DNA of 64,000 bases from Lingula anatina (taxonomy: Eukaryota > Animalia > Brachiopoda). Below, one piece after another: positions 1 to 13,100 of this stretch. Both the position numbers and the translations under genes were made by a program. Under the pieces are notes generated by a model. It saw only the letters and a program-made list of their open reading frames with translations, was not told where the DNA came from and ran no database searches. The number at the start of each line of letters is the position of its first letter. Positions within the stretch are counted from its first letter, which is position 1. The DNA lies in assembly GCA_051362555.1 (NCBI GenBank), contig CM120641.1, positions 21,576,001 to 21,640,000 on the forward strand, written 5' to 3'.

Positions 1-799
1 TTTTTTTTTTGCTGTGCTGCTGGATGATTTTGCAGACAAGATCTGGAGCTATTTTAAAGCAAAGTCCATTTGCTTGTCTTTCACGGGCATTTTCGCATCA
101 ATACAACTAACCAAGTTCTATAGTATTATAAGACGACACATTTTTCACCCTTCAAATTTTCTGGATTATATTTAACATGCAAATGCAAGCCCCAGTGACT
201 GGGACATAAATGTACATGTGGCTTTTTGGTTCACATTGACCAGTAAAAGATTAATAATATAATACCACTATGTATATATATTTATTGCTTACCTTTAAAT
301 TATTCAGTATCTTTTAGTGGATGGTCACTTAAGATAAATCTAGATGATATATTTGAGCATGTGGTTCGGGTTCCACATTTTTGTTACAGACTCAACGAAA
401 CTCATCTTGGAATTTATTTTACAACCTTATATTACAGTACCTTTTTATTATCTTCTGTCACCAAATTAGCACCGGAAAATTACTTTTGAGCCCCCAGAAT
501 AGTACGATTTTACCTAATACAAGCCCACAGTTCAAAGGTTATAAATTACACCAAATTATTAAAATAGCGGCATGCAACCAACACTTGGTTTTGATCAAAA
601 TAATGGCTAACAATTATCCTCATGCGGTCAAAGATGTATTATTTTGCTTTCATGCAGCCATTTTGTTTGCTGACACTTGTTTTATTGTTCGGGCAAAAGC
701 AGTTTTGAACTAATTGGATTACTATACATATAAACTGCAGGCCCATGTGGCGACTGAATCCTATATTTATTTGGAGGCTTATAAAAGTTTCTATTTACA

Positions 800-1738
800 T
801 TTTATGAAACCGAAAATGCATTCTGCACCAGGAAATAATCAAAAATGACGTATGGCACGCTTATGAAGGTGTGATAGTTTCAAAATGGTGAATAATGCTC
901 AATTTGAAAATGGCGTATGAGGGTCATCTTGGATTTGAGGCACAAACTTTATGAAACAAATAATGTATTCTGCACCAGAAAATAATATAAAACGACGTAT
1001 TACTCATTTACAAAGATGTAATACATATAGTTTCAAAATAGCGAATTATGCCCAATTTCAAAATAGTTTTTGGCGGCCATCTTGGATTTGAGGGACAAAA
1101 CGGCCACAATGGCCTTCATAATGGTAAAAATGAGTTTTTTTTTGCTCATAATATAGTCCAATAGCGAAGGTATATAACAAAAAATTGCATTGAGATATAT
1201 TTGAATACGGGTTATTAATATCCATGGTTTTGCAGCGTTCACACATATCTTGGTAGGCACTTAAAACACCCTCTTTGATCCTTCAAATCACCTACTATCA
1301 CCATAACAATATCAAAAATGACTTTTGCACCCCCAAAATAGTAAGAATCGATATATATATCAAGTATAGTTAGACCAAACGCTTCAAAATTCAACATAAA
1401 ATAGCAAAATTATGTCCACTTTCAAAATGGCGGGCAGCGGCCATCTTGGATTTGAGGCACAAAATGGCCACCAATTGCTTCCAAATGATCAAAAATGGGT
1501 TCCTTGTCCCTAATTTAGTCAGATTTGATAATCTATACATGTTTCTAGGCCAAATATTAATGGAAATATGAAATATTATATATTTTGGCACCTAATTTGC
1601 ATAATTTATGCTAATTAATGTATCGATAGAGGGCGTCTCTTTGGATAAAAAATTTTCTTTTGGCCCAAGGAACATTTATGCCAAGTTAGACATTTGTACT
1701 ACAAAATGCAGCGTTTGACCTCTTAACAAGCCTACTAT
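800..1738. mobile_element. Decayed non-autonomous DNA-transposon remnant (Academ-like end)
   Basis: Repeated (G)GCCATCTTGGATTTGAGG blocks at ~922, ~1075, ~1439; terminal ...AACAAGCCTACTA; matching left TIR not found. Confidence 0.4.
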
Positions 1739-1951
1739 TCAAGATATATTATGGAAATGTAGTAAAAAATTTTAAAACACAAAGAAGAGTAACATGAAAG
1801 TTTCAAAACATAATAGACAATGATAAAAATATATAGCAGATGCTTTCCAGATAAAAAATTACGCTGTATATGAAAGGTCTCTATTGTTACGACTTGTGTT
1901 ATACTTAAAACTCTTTGTGAAAAAAACATCCATTACTTCTCTGGAATTTTA

Positions 1952-2166
1952 GGCTCTGTTCTCACAACTTTTAGATCGATCTATCACCGCGGGGAGTCTC
2001 ACTAGATTACTGTCAGATAATCCCCCTTAAGTGTCCGTCCCCGCCTACTACAAGCTTTAAGGGGTAATTAACTTTCGTGTCCGCCCGGCTGACAGCTATT
2101 TAGCGTGAACCCCCAGGGAGTTAGGTCGATCCAATGTAGGTCGATCTAATCTATGAGAATGGGGTG
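1952..2166. mobile_element. MITE (PIF/Harbinger-like), copy 1
   Basis: Imperfect long palindrome (TAGATCGATCTA arms), TTA flanks, colinear with the copy at 62575-62800. Confidence 0.7.
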
Positions 2167-5100
2167 TTACTGTCTACTTCTCGGTTTAATCCACCTAGAA
2201 CTGAACACGTTTATATTAATAATATCAATTGTTTAGCTCATTTATAATGAATATTGTTAAACGCCAGCCCGCCTTCGCTTTTTTCCTTCTTTTCATCAAA
2301 AATGAAAGCAAATGCTGACAAAGAAAGCAATGAAAACTAATAAAATAAACCCTGAAGTAGGCAGAGAAATACAGAAAAACTTACCTATAGACCTATTTTT
2401 GTATTCGGGAGGTAGTTTCTCAATCGGGTCATCAGGTCTGCAGTGATAAAAAGGTAGTATGCCTAAGGGCTGTCTAATGGAAGACAAAAATACTGTAAAT
2501 CAGTTGTGACGCACATTTTATCATGTTATCACGTTGTAAATATATGGTATTAACCACAATTTAAGATTAAGGGGCGTTTTGTTGAAAAGGCGCGAGAATC
2601 ATTACAAATGGCCCCAGTGACAGGGCAACTTTACCAGTTTTATATCTATAGATCAAACTTCTAGTGGTGTTCAAAGGGTCAAGTCCCTTATTTCATAAAT
2701 CAGGCATTCATCAATCCTACTCTTTTAAGGCACCTTGACTGGAGTCTAGCTTCACTGGTTAGACTAGTCGACGTACCTCTGGGGCGATTAGACGTCGTGT
2801 TTACATTGGAATCCGATTTCATATCAAACAAAATATCATTTTTGGTACTTACTTAATGCAGTTCTTCAGCTTTTACACGAACAAGCCCTTTATGACTTTG
2901 GTTAAGTGACGTGGGCACATTCTTCAGTAGACAGACACCACACTGAGGTACACTATGTTCGCTGTTCTACTTATTCGTCATAATGAGGACGTGAGAGCTT
3001 GCGTGTCGGTTAATAACCAGGCCAGACGAACTTAATGACAGTGGCCATGCAATATCTCTTTTCAAAAACACATTTATTTAGAATGATAAACGCATGCGCT
3101 ACATGTATGTCATGTGAATTGTGTGTGATTAGAATAAATTCGTGAAAGTCATTCTTTTCTAGTTGACCTGCGATCACAATTAAATGTTTGATAAGTATTT
3201 AAAATTAGGATTATAATAACTCTCAACAGATATATATAACTAATAGAATATAATTTGTCTGCCCTGGCTCTGTGTAGGCAACATACAAAACCCATCGCAA
3301 AAAGTACTATTTGTTTTAAAATATATGTTGTACGAGTTTGAAAATGCCCCAACTACCCTGCGAACTTACTTTTTTTGCCTATCCAAACCTTAAAAATGAT
3401 AAAATCCTTCAAATAAAAGTACCAGCTGTCGATATTTTCAGCGAAGGACTTGGTGGTCTGAATGACTCATAACTACATCATCACCAAAATATCACCCTGT
3501 ACATAGAGGTACCATATTCTCCACTACACTCCCTACAATACGTTTTCAAATAAAGTACAAAGCAAAATATGAACTGGTGTAAAAATGGGAAATTTCCTGT
3601 TCGCTATCAACCAATTTTTTAAGAATAAGAATATCAATCAAATAAATTAATTTTTGCTGGTACGACGAGAAATTTGTGTGTGGCCACATCAAGAGGATAA
3701 AAAAAAAAAAAAAAAAAAAAAAGGAAAAGAATATATATTCTCCGGTATCATATAGTCCGCCGTTATTGCTCTGTGTACAAAAATGTTCGTGTGTGTGTTT
3801 GTGTATGTGTGAGAGTGGGTTTATATATTTATACTGTGTATTTGTTTGTGTTGGAAATAAAGAATTAAAAAAGAAAAGAACAAAAAAGAAAGAAATAAAA
3901 TAAAACGCTTGGACGGCACACTATCTTGAACAATTATTATTTTCTTTCTGTATTTTTAATAAAATAACGATTGCTCTCTATTATTTTCTAAACGTTATAA
4001 ATTTGTGTAAAGGAAGGCTGTTACTGATCAAGCAAATATGATCTATTGTCTATTATCCTATTCTTTTTTTGCTGGCAACTAGGAAATATATTAAAACGTT
4101 TTATTCCATCTCTTTGAAGCTATCAAAAAAGCTTTATGGTACACAATGAGTTTACAAAGTTTACAAAATCGACTGTATGGTATGTCGATGTACAATCAGC
4201 TACCATGTTTCTCAACAGTGACACATATGAAATGGAAAATCCAATAAAATTCAAGAAGTGAATTTAAAACAGACTGTATAAAACCAGCGGACATGCAACG
4301 TTGATTATGTACATAAATATACATGTATTTTGATTCATTGTTTATGAATAAGGCGTTTCCTTCTGTTCAATGTGTTTGACAAAGTGCTTGCCATCTTCAA
4401 CGTCGAAAATTGGGGGATGAGAGAGATGCAAACGTATGTTTATTCGTACCGCTCCTCCTTCACGTTGATTGTGTAAGTAAGACTTCTGATAGCATGGGAA
4501 AAGGGAAATAGTAAACAATTTAGAAAGAGCTCCCCACCTAAAAAAATTTAATATTTTTTTATTCTCTATATATTTAATATAAGAAAATAGAGCAAAGAAA
4601 AAAGTTAGACACGATCAAATAAATCATATTTCTTTATTGATATTATATCAACTGACATACAGGCGCCTCTAAAACGCCGCCCTTTCACCGTCTTATTTAT
4701 GGAAATGTTCTCACTCTGTTTTGTCTTTAAAAACAAGAGCCTCGGACCGAATCTTGATATCACCAAAACTACCAAGTGTAATCGAGCCAGTGTAAATGAG
4801 TGCTCGGATGTGCGTGCTCAATTATGTCAAATTGCCTGAGGGTGTTGCAACCAAATTTCATGTCGACAGGATTCAAGGACATTGTGCCAATGTTAATTAG
4901 GGGAGGAGAAGGTGACTAATTTTCCTTCGAAGTTTTTATCACATTTGCTTGTTCCCTTCAAAGTAAATACATAAAACGTTTTTTCTTTTTAATTTAAAAG
5001 ACCTGCAGAATAAAAATAATAAGCATATATTAAGCACAGATGTACACAAACTCGGGGGCAGATCCAAAGAAACTTTCTGAAAGTCTTCCAAATGATCTTT

Positions 5101-5217
5101 GTTGATCCATCCCAAATTTCTGACCGTTTTCTGACAGAAAAAAATAGATGCTCGTCAATGTAAACTTGAAACTTCTGACCGTCTTTCACCAGCAAAAGGG
5201 TCACTTAATGTAAGTTC

Positions 5218-5466
5218 AACTAGAAAAGCACTCCGAGAGCACAGACGCCAAGGCAGCAATTTTTGATTATTATTGATTGATTATTGATCCGGGTCACCAC
5301 CAAATACTAATCATCTCTTCCTTGGCCCACTTCTGACAGTTCCTGAAAATTTCATCAAAATCGGTCCATAACTTTTTGAGTTATGTTGATGACAAACAAA
5401 CAAACAAACAAACAAACAGACAGACAAACAGGGGTGAAAACATAACCTCCTTGGCGGAGATAATAA
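5218..5466 (-). mobile_element. Short HINE/Helitron-like element with (CAAA/CAGA)n tract
   Basis: Ends AACTAG... and ...AACCTCCTTGGCGGAGATAATAA; subterminal IR CGCCAAGG/CCTTGGCG; tetranucleotide tract near the 5' end. Confidence 0.7.
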
Positions 5467-6084
5467 TTTGATTTATATACATTTCTGAATGATAAAAATT
5501 GTTTCAAATGGTCCAAAATGGAAGAATTAATTTACCTTTGAAATCGTCGGATTTTTAAGGAGATCGTCAAACAACTTGACCAAACCGAATAGATATTTAC
5601 GTGGTAGAATATTTCAAATTATGAGAAGTATTTTCAAAACTAGAAATATGTTTTTGGCACAGAAATTCTATCTATAGATGCACAATGGAAAGGCAGCGGC
5701 CGATTTTAGAAAAATGCCGAACTTCAATGACTATTGACTATTGCAGAATACGCAAAAAATCATTACTACATCAGGGGTGAATTACCTGATTGAATATGAA
5801 AGGTCTTGCAGAGATAGGCCTATTGCTATTGACATGTAAGAACAAGGGAAGATGTAATATGAGAGTTAAAAGATATAAAAGAAGTGATTTCATCCCTTCT
5901 CAAAATAAAACGTGATAATAATAATAATGATGATGATGATGATAACAGTTATGTAATAGGCCTATTAGATAGATAGGCCTAGGTAGTGCATGCATTAGAT
6001 AGGCTTACATGTAGGCCTACGTGTAAGGCCGTCAAATCATATTTCATATACAGAAAAATGCTTTCAAAGAAATGGCACAAATTT

Positions 6085-6132
<48 letters not shown>

Positions 6133-6194
6133 ACTCCAGCGAGGTGGAGGGTCGATTGCTGATTGTAGGCCCTATCTTTCTGGTCTGATTAATA

Positions 6195-7858
6195 CAGACT
6201 TGACATTTAATATGGAATATTTTTTCCAAATCATAATTCATCAGTTTTTCTCCTATTTTGCTGACTGATAAATGAAAATAAGGATTCAAATCGTGTTTTA
6301 ATAACTTTTGATAATCTATTCGATGTCAGTGTGACATCAGTTCATTAACTGAATTCACCAGTGAAGCATACAAAAATACATTGCCTATTTTAAGTCATAC
6401 GACAACCATTGAAAGCGATATTTTGGATCTCCATATTTTCCTAATTATTGTCTTTAAAAGAGTTACACGTCCCACAAAGGCCCCCCATGTCAGTGTCTAG
6501 TCACAGCAACAGTCGCTGTTACGCTTGACCTCATCTTGCTGCTACCAGAGGTTTCAAGCCGCCAGGTATTCCTTATGATAGGTTTTTTAGAGTTTAATCT
6601 GAAATAAAATTCCAGGCAACGGTTAAAACTTGTCCAATTTGTCTCAGTTTTGTTGTAGGACATGCAGGCCGTTGATACGGCGAGTAATGACCTACCCACA
6701 TATTGTCTATGTGGTTCAATTATGGCGATTTTGATGACCAAGGTAGCTACTCATTCCCTTGGTTCTGTAAGTATTTTGCTATTAAAAGTGCTCTGTGTGA
6801 ACCGGCAATCTCATCGTGCAACCTAAAATTGTTTCTAAGGTGCCCCCTATCAAATGATAGTCAAGTGGTTCCCAGATTATTCCTTTATTTGATCTGGTTC
6901 AGGTTTTCATCGTTGACTACCATTGGTGTTTTGGCACCAATAAGGTATCCACTCCAAATACTGACACTGTCAATGACCCTGGTTACTTAAGAAGTGGCAC
7001 ACGTTTCGTCGTAGGCCTCTTCAGGATGTCTGTAAACTCTGTTTTGACCAGTTTAGCGGTACAGGTGAAGGTTGACCCCAATAAAGAAAGACACGCGGTT
7101 TCAGTGTTCTACCCAGAAACGGTAATGGTCCCCAATTCATTAGAGAAACAGACTACGCTGCTTTGCTGTTTACAGTGGCTTCCTTAGAGGTCATCTGGTA
7201 TCTTAACCTGCTGAAACCAGTTTGGTGTTCGCTAAGAGCCTTGAAAAACGCGTTTTGGTGATAATTTGCCCCTCATTCAAAACAGACTGGGTTGTTTTGG
7301 TTTAATTGCAGCAGCAATCCTGAAGGACAGTGAGTCCCGTACCCTGGTGGTAAGACGTCAATGCATTGGGCGTGGTCTCTGTGTAGGTACATCGGTCTGG
7401 GCATTACCCTATAAAACTGTATAGACCATTCCGTTTGACACAATAATCTGTCTGGCAATGTCTGTGCTTTTCGCGTCATTCTGGCACAGCTTAACAATTT
7501 TATAAAACACTGCTTAACTCATTTTACGCACTGCAAAACCGACCGCTTGCATGCAAAATTTCAAATTCTTCTATGCAGTAGTTGCCAATATATGGATACT
7601 TTTTTGACAGAACCATGCTTCGCCAAAGCCAAGCTTTGACCAGCTTAAAGGAGCACTGCCCAATTAAATCACTGCATATTACACAAGGCAACAGAGCAAC
7701 AGACTTGGTAGTCAGTTAATTGGCAGCGACACACCTGACTTCACACTTCTCCAGTCAGATGTCGTCTAATATGAGATCTGAATTTTTTGAAAAAAGAACG
7801 CATTTTTACCTAAGTATACCTTTAAAACTGAAATATTCCATATTAAATGTCAAGTCTG
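6195..7858 (-). mobile_element. Degenerate Tc1/mariner transposon
   Basis: TIRs CAGACTTGACATTTAATATGGAATATTT at both ends, each flanked by TA. Minus-strand translation gives SVSIWSG...NFRLHDEIAGSHRALLIAKYLQNQGNE*LPWSSKSP*LNHIDNMW, a decayed QDDNA..H / WPSKSPDLNPIE Tc1 motif set. Confidence 0.9.
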
Positions 7859-8408
7859 TATAATCTATTAAAGCCTAATCTTACATGTATAGAAATTATT
7901 ATTATAAATTAGGTCCTTTAGGCCTATTATATTAGCCTATAAATTAGAATTAGGCTATTTGCACCAGGGTCATTCCATAAGGAAGTGAACACTATTCCCT
8001 ACTCCCCACACTGCAGATTGCCTATCTGGCGAAGAAGTGGCGAGTAACCAGACTACAAAAAATCGGCAAAAGTAGGCCCTATTTTAAATTAAAAGTAGGC
8101 CCGAAGGGCTCATTCTCATCGAAACTATCGGTCTACGTGTAGATCGATCTCTCGCTGAATGCAATCAGTTAAAAAGATTTTAATGTTTTAAAAAACACGT
8201 GTAGGCCTACATTAGGCCTATAGGTAGGCCTATAGATCTTAGTTTATGTCGGGCATGGCAAGTGGTGAATCTGTAAGCAGGCCTACAACACGAAATCTAT
8301 TGCATAGATGTACCCGGTGGCCTATAGGCCTAGGCCTGTTTTCTTAGATCTCTCTGTTTGAACGCGGACAATTTGAAATGAGGCCTACCATGCAGTAGGC
8401 CTACAGTA

Positions 8409-9683
8409 GGGGAGACCGGGGCTAGTTGGACCCCGGGGTAAGTTGCCCCCCCCGTCATTTTCTGAAAAAGTAACTATGAGGTAAAAAAATTGGCCACATA
8501 CTCTTGTAAAGTGACCGTAGCCTACAATGTGTCGGCCGTTAAAAAGTTTTAATTAAGCGGTGAGTCCAAATAAACTATTTTTGCACCTAAAAGTAATTTT
8601 GTTTAAGAGATTTAAAAATCTAATTTCATAGGCTTTTGATCGAATATAAGATATGTATAGGGCATCAAACTGAAGCTCATTGTTTCAAGTTTCACAGAAA
8701 TGTATCATCGTTGCTCATTCTAGCACCATAAATGGCTGCCAGCCCTTAAAATAAATAATGTGCACCCGGGGCTAGTTGGCCCCCTTGTCTCGGGGCAAGT
8801 TGGACCCTCATATTACCCACAAACCTTTGCGCGCAACGCTGTTTGAAATAAACAAGAAGTTGGTGAAATTGACAAAGCTTGCCGGTGTTTACCGTCTGAT
8901 TGATTTTTTTAAAAATTTTCTCTCTGGTGTCTTTTTGGAAATTTATATTAGGAATGTTCTGTTGATTGTATGTATTAGAAAGCAAATCCATTGGACTTTC
9001 CTTAGAAAAACATTTATTTTGCCTTAATTCATTGTAAGGTGATTTTATTGTATTTATAGTGTTATATGTGGCCCCAAGGGGATTTTCCACCCCTCCCTAG
9101 ATAGAGACTATTGTTGAAACAAACTCAGTGGTTTAAAACTGAATTTGTTACTTTAAACGTAAATTTATTATTCGTTTTCATTCATTAAAAACCTGCTTTA
9201 TAACATTATTAATTTATTCTTAATTAAAACAAAACAAATTTTATTGATAGATTTTTTGGTTCTTGCAACACATACCCCCCCCCCCACAACGTGACGTACG
9301 GAAACTTCAATAAATCTGCCTCATTTGAACTATTTATTCATCAAAGGACTTTCAAAAATCAATTGAATAAATTAAAAATGTATAAAAATGTATTTCAAGG
9401 CGTTTACATGGGATATATACTTCATTTTCGTATAGGGGGGCCAACTTGCCCCGACCCTGGGGCCAACTTGCCCCGTGGCGGGGCAAGTTGGCCCCCTTGA
9501 CGTCAACTGCGTTTTTTGTCAAATTGTGAGCCGTTTGGCATTATATTTGAAAAATAATGGCGTTGCATACGTAGCTTAGTTCATGGGGCTTACTTTAAAA
9601 CCGGTTTTGTGACTCTAACCCATTCCTAGTTGGCTCTACAAGGCCAAAAGTGTCTAACTGGGCCAACTAGCCCCGGTCTTCCC
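8409..9683. mobile_element. Non-autonomous TA-flanked (pogo/Tc1-mariner type) DNA transposon
   Basis: TA|GGGGAGACCGGGGCTAGTTGG ... CCAACTAGCCCCGGTCTTCCC|TA; internal copies of the GGGGCWAGTTGG motif at ~8768, ~8791 and 9437-9495. Confidence 0.85.
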
Positions 9684-9880
9684 TATGTTTATTTTTTGTC
9701 ATTGAATCATGGGCCTAATATTGACTTATATATTTTTGTTTTGTTTTAATTATTATTTGATAGTTTTCCATTTTAATGACGCCACATATAGGGCCTATAG
9801 ATTAGTCTACATGTTATGGAGAAATTTTGTTAGCCAGCAAATGCGAATTTCATTTACTTTACAAGAAAACGGAGGTGGAC

Positions 9881-9977
9881 TGCGTCAATAGTCACGTGAC
9901 CTTTTTGTCTTTTTGGGGGAACGCCGAAGAAAAAAATGTTATCATTTGTAAATAACATCACAAAACAATTTGTGGAG
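9881..9977 (+). promoter_or_regulatory. SGSM3 core promoter with CLEAR/E-box palindrome and probable non-coding first exon
   Basis: TGCGTCA at 9881, GTCACGTGAC at 9891-9900, donor GAG|GTAAAA at 9977/9978, acceptor tttatag at 10167 just before ATG 10177. Confidence 0.6.
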
Positions 9978-10176
9978 GTAAAGAGAGAAATTTTTATATT
10001 ATACTTAACATTTTAGCATAATAAATAGTTAGCATACCAGAGAAATATGTTCATTAGGTTGTTAGTTTTCCCAGTGCCTTCCCCAATTTTTAATGGTACA
10101 AGTCCATGATGGCGGATTCCGAGGTGTAAACAATATTACTGGCAGTCAGTCATTTTCGCATTTATAGTACCCGAAG

Positions 10177-13100
10177 ATGGATATATCAAGGGCTATCTTT
10201 GGGGGAAGGTCCACAGAAGGATATAGCGCCAAAGCTTCAAATGGTAAGATTATTAACGTGTACCTAATTTGAGAGTAAAAGCACACAATATGTGGGTTGT
10301 TGCGAATCGATGACCCTGCGGTAGGCTGTGCTCAGGAACAAATGAGACCAGTGTGGCAGTGTCATTATATTGGATATGAAGATTTTAAAAAGCTTTGTGC
10401 TTTAAAAGTGCTTGTTACTATGAACATACGTTTGAGGAATTACACACAGAAATGAAATAGATAACATGAATGGTTTTAGCACACAAAGACTTCCGGATAT
10501 TTAATTGCTGCTGTTATTTCAGTGGATACGTTATCTGAAGACGAAGATGATGTTGGAGCGGCAGGAGATGGAATGAGCATCTCTGCTGTGCCTAAATATT
10601 CCATCAATGGGTCTGAGTTTACCCCTACGCCAGGGGGTCCCTTCTCGGCTCTCACCCCCTCAATGTGGCCCCAGGATCTGCTGAATAAAATAAACCATCC
10701 AGTGAGTATGTTGTTGTGTGGCTTGTATTTGGGTCCAATTACACATTAATATAAGTAATTTTTGATCCACAATATATATGTATGTTTCACTCAGTTGCGT
10801 TTTTATTTAAGTGTATATATATGATACAGTACATCTAGTTTTGAGCCTCATGTTTCTATTTCCAGCCTGAAGATGCTACTGGTCAGGTTGATTATAGATA
10901 TGATGAATTTGGTTTTAAAGTAGAAGAAGAAGGTATGTAAAACGTGCATGTGAATTGTACAGTAATTTTATTTTACAACTGGGTAGCATTTCAACATGTG
11001 CTTCTCTTTCTCTTTCTCTCTCTCAGAAATATTTGCCTGTTTGCTGTCCTTAGATATGATTCATAAAGTTGTTAACCCAATCCCACATGCAGGTTCTTTT
11101 ACACAGTTTCTCTACATTTATTTGACACATAATACATGTAGGTGTACACTAATGGAAGGTATATAGATGTATAGATTGTTTAATCAAAACAAATATACAA
11201 TTTACCAGGAACCCATTGAGATTTACACGACATATTTACATCTATCTAGACAAAACTGTCGCAGTGATGCTGGTTTACATAATACAATGAAAAACACTTT
11301 TGAATATATGTAGAGTTTTTGTTTCTATAGATTAAGTTTAGATACCATTTAAACATTGCCTAACATGTATTGCAATACTTAGTTTTCGCATGACTGACTG
11401 TGAGCCATAGAATAATGCCTTCCTCGTAGTGTGTGCAAAATGGTTGAAATTTGCTTGTAAGATTTATATTATGTTTGAAACAGTGCCTAGATTCATTTCA
11501 AGGTATTTTGAATCAAATACATGATGGAAAAGGGAAGTAGGTACAAAGGCTTAATCCTTTAAAATTTATATTTCATAGCTTTAAAAAATTTTAAGTTCTG
11601 CATGTTGTATATGCACTTTCTTATTGATATGCTCCATATGAATAAAGGTAATTTTATGTCATGATTTAAATAATGTTTATCATATCAAAGGCAATGACAG
11701 TCATCTTTTCCTCAGTGAGAGCAAGGGGATATGCAACTATATTTTTTAAAAAATTACATTTCCACCAGGTGAATCTTTTGAAAATAAATGGGTGCAATAA
11801 GTAATAAAATGGTTTATTATTGGTATATTTGTAAATTAGTATGAGGAAAACTATTAAGTGTGACTTTAATAAAAATAGACTACCCTTGATATGAAGACAA
11901 TCAAGTGAAAGACGTCTTCAACTTTTAAGGTTTCATGCAGCACAGTCCTTTTCATTTTCAAGAGATAGAGAAATTGTCAGAAAGCATATAGATGGTTCCC
12001 CAAAGGTTTCCATGATGAATCCCATGATAGCCTGTAGAGAAGTCCTCCTCTATTATATATAAAACACCCCAAACATTCCCTATTGAGACTTAATTCATAT
12101 TGTAATGCCTTTTTATGTGTTCATAGATGGTTCTGATGAAAATCCAGAACCCTGTGATGCATTTCATTTTCTAAATATTTGTAAATGGGAGCTGTGCAAT
12201 TTGGTATCTCATGTTGAAATCCCCATCCTTTTATATACTCATATTTAATGGATAACATATCCTTAATATTCTCCAGTGGGAGCGAGGTGATTTTCTCTAA
12301 AATGGTTTTATCGTTATTATGTGTTCCAACCTAACCCCAATGAAAGTTCCTTTCTTCTGCTAAAATATTTTGATATTTTGATTATTTTTCTAACAGGTGT
12401 GACAGGATTTTCTTTCATATTGTAATGTTTTTATTTTGAATTTCAAGATGGCCCTGAGGAAAATTCCAGCCCTCTGTTAAGCACACCTTTCATAGAAGAT
12501 GCTCAGCACAGGCTGAAGTGGACTGCATACTTGGAGTTTTCGCATAATCATGAAGTAGGAGACCTCACTTGGGATAAGGTACTTAATTTGTTTTTGTTTA
12601 TTTTTGATAACAAGAACAATCTGTGTTAATGTAATATTCACAATGTCATAGTATTTAAATTCTGTGTCACTTTCATCTGTGTAGCAATCCAAAATTTTGA
12701 TAAGAAAATTTAACTAAATAATGGTTTCTAAGTTACTAAAGTGCATAAGTTTAAACTGTCTCATCATCATTTGTATGGTAACCTTTAAATATTAAAAATT
12801 AAACTAATAACTCTTTGATTATTTCCTATATTTTTTATATACTATAGTAATCCTTTATGCCACAATGTATGTCTGCATCATTGAGTACCACCTAGAGTGT
12901 TAGAGGACCTCTACTGTCAGCATACCTCTGGTGTTTACTGGTATCAGCTGAGACATGCTGGTAGTAGAATAGTTAATTTTTAATGTCCTCTTATTCTCAT
13001 GGTGCTGAGTACACAATTGTGTGATAATGATCAATTTTTTTCCATTAGGTTGAATCTCGTTTACCACACTCGGAGAAATTCCGTGGTATGATCAAACAAG

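Noticed and set aside
381-1929. Several 60-110 aa ORFs
   Set aside because: Lie in AT-rich or decayed repeat DNA with no coherent exon chain or known motif.
3676-6289. Poly-Lys/poly-Phe ORFs
   Set aside because: Translations of poly(A) tracts.
8746-9500. ORFs within the TA-flanked element as a transposase
   Set aside because: No DDE/HTH motifs seen; the element appears non-autonomous.
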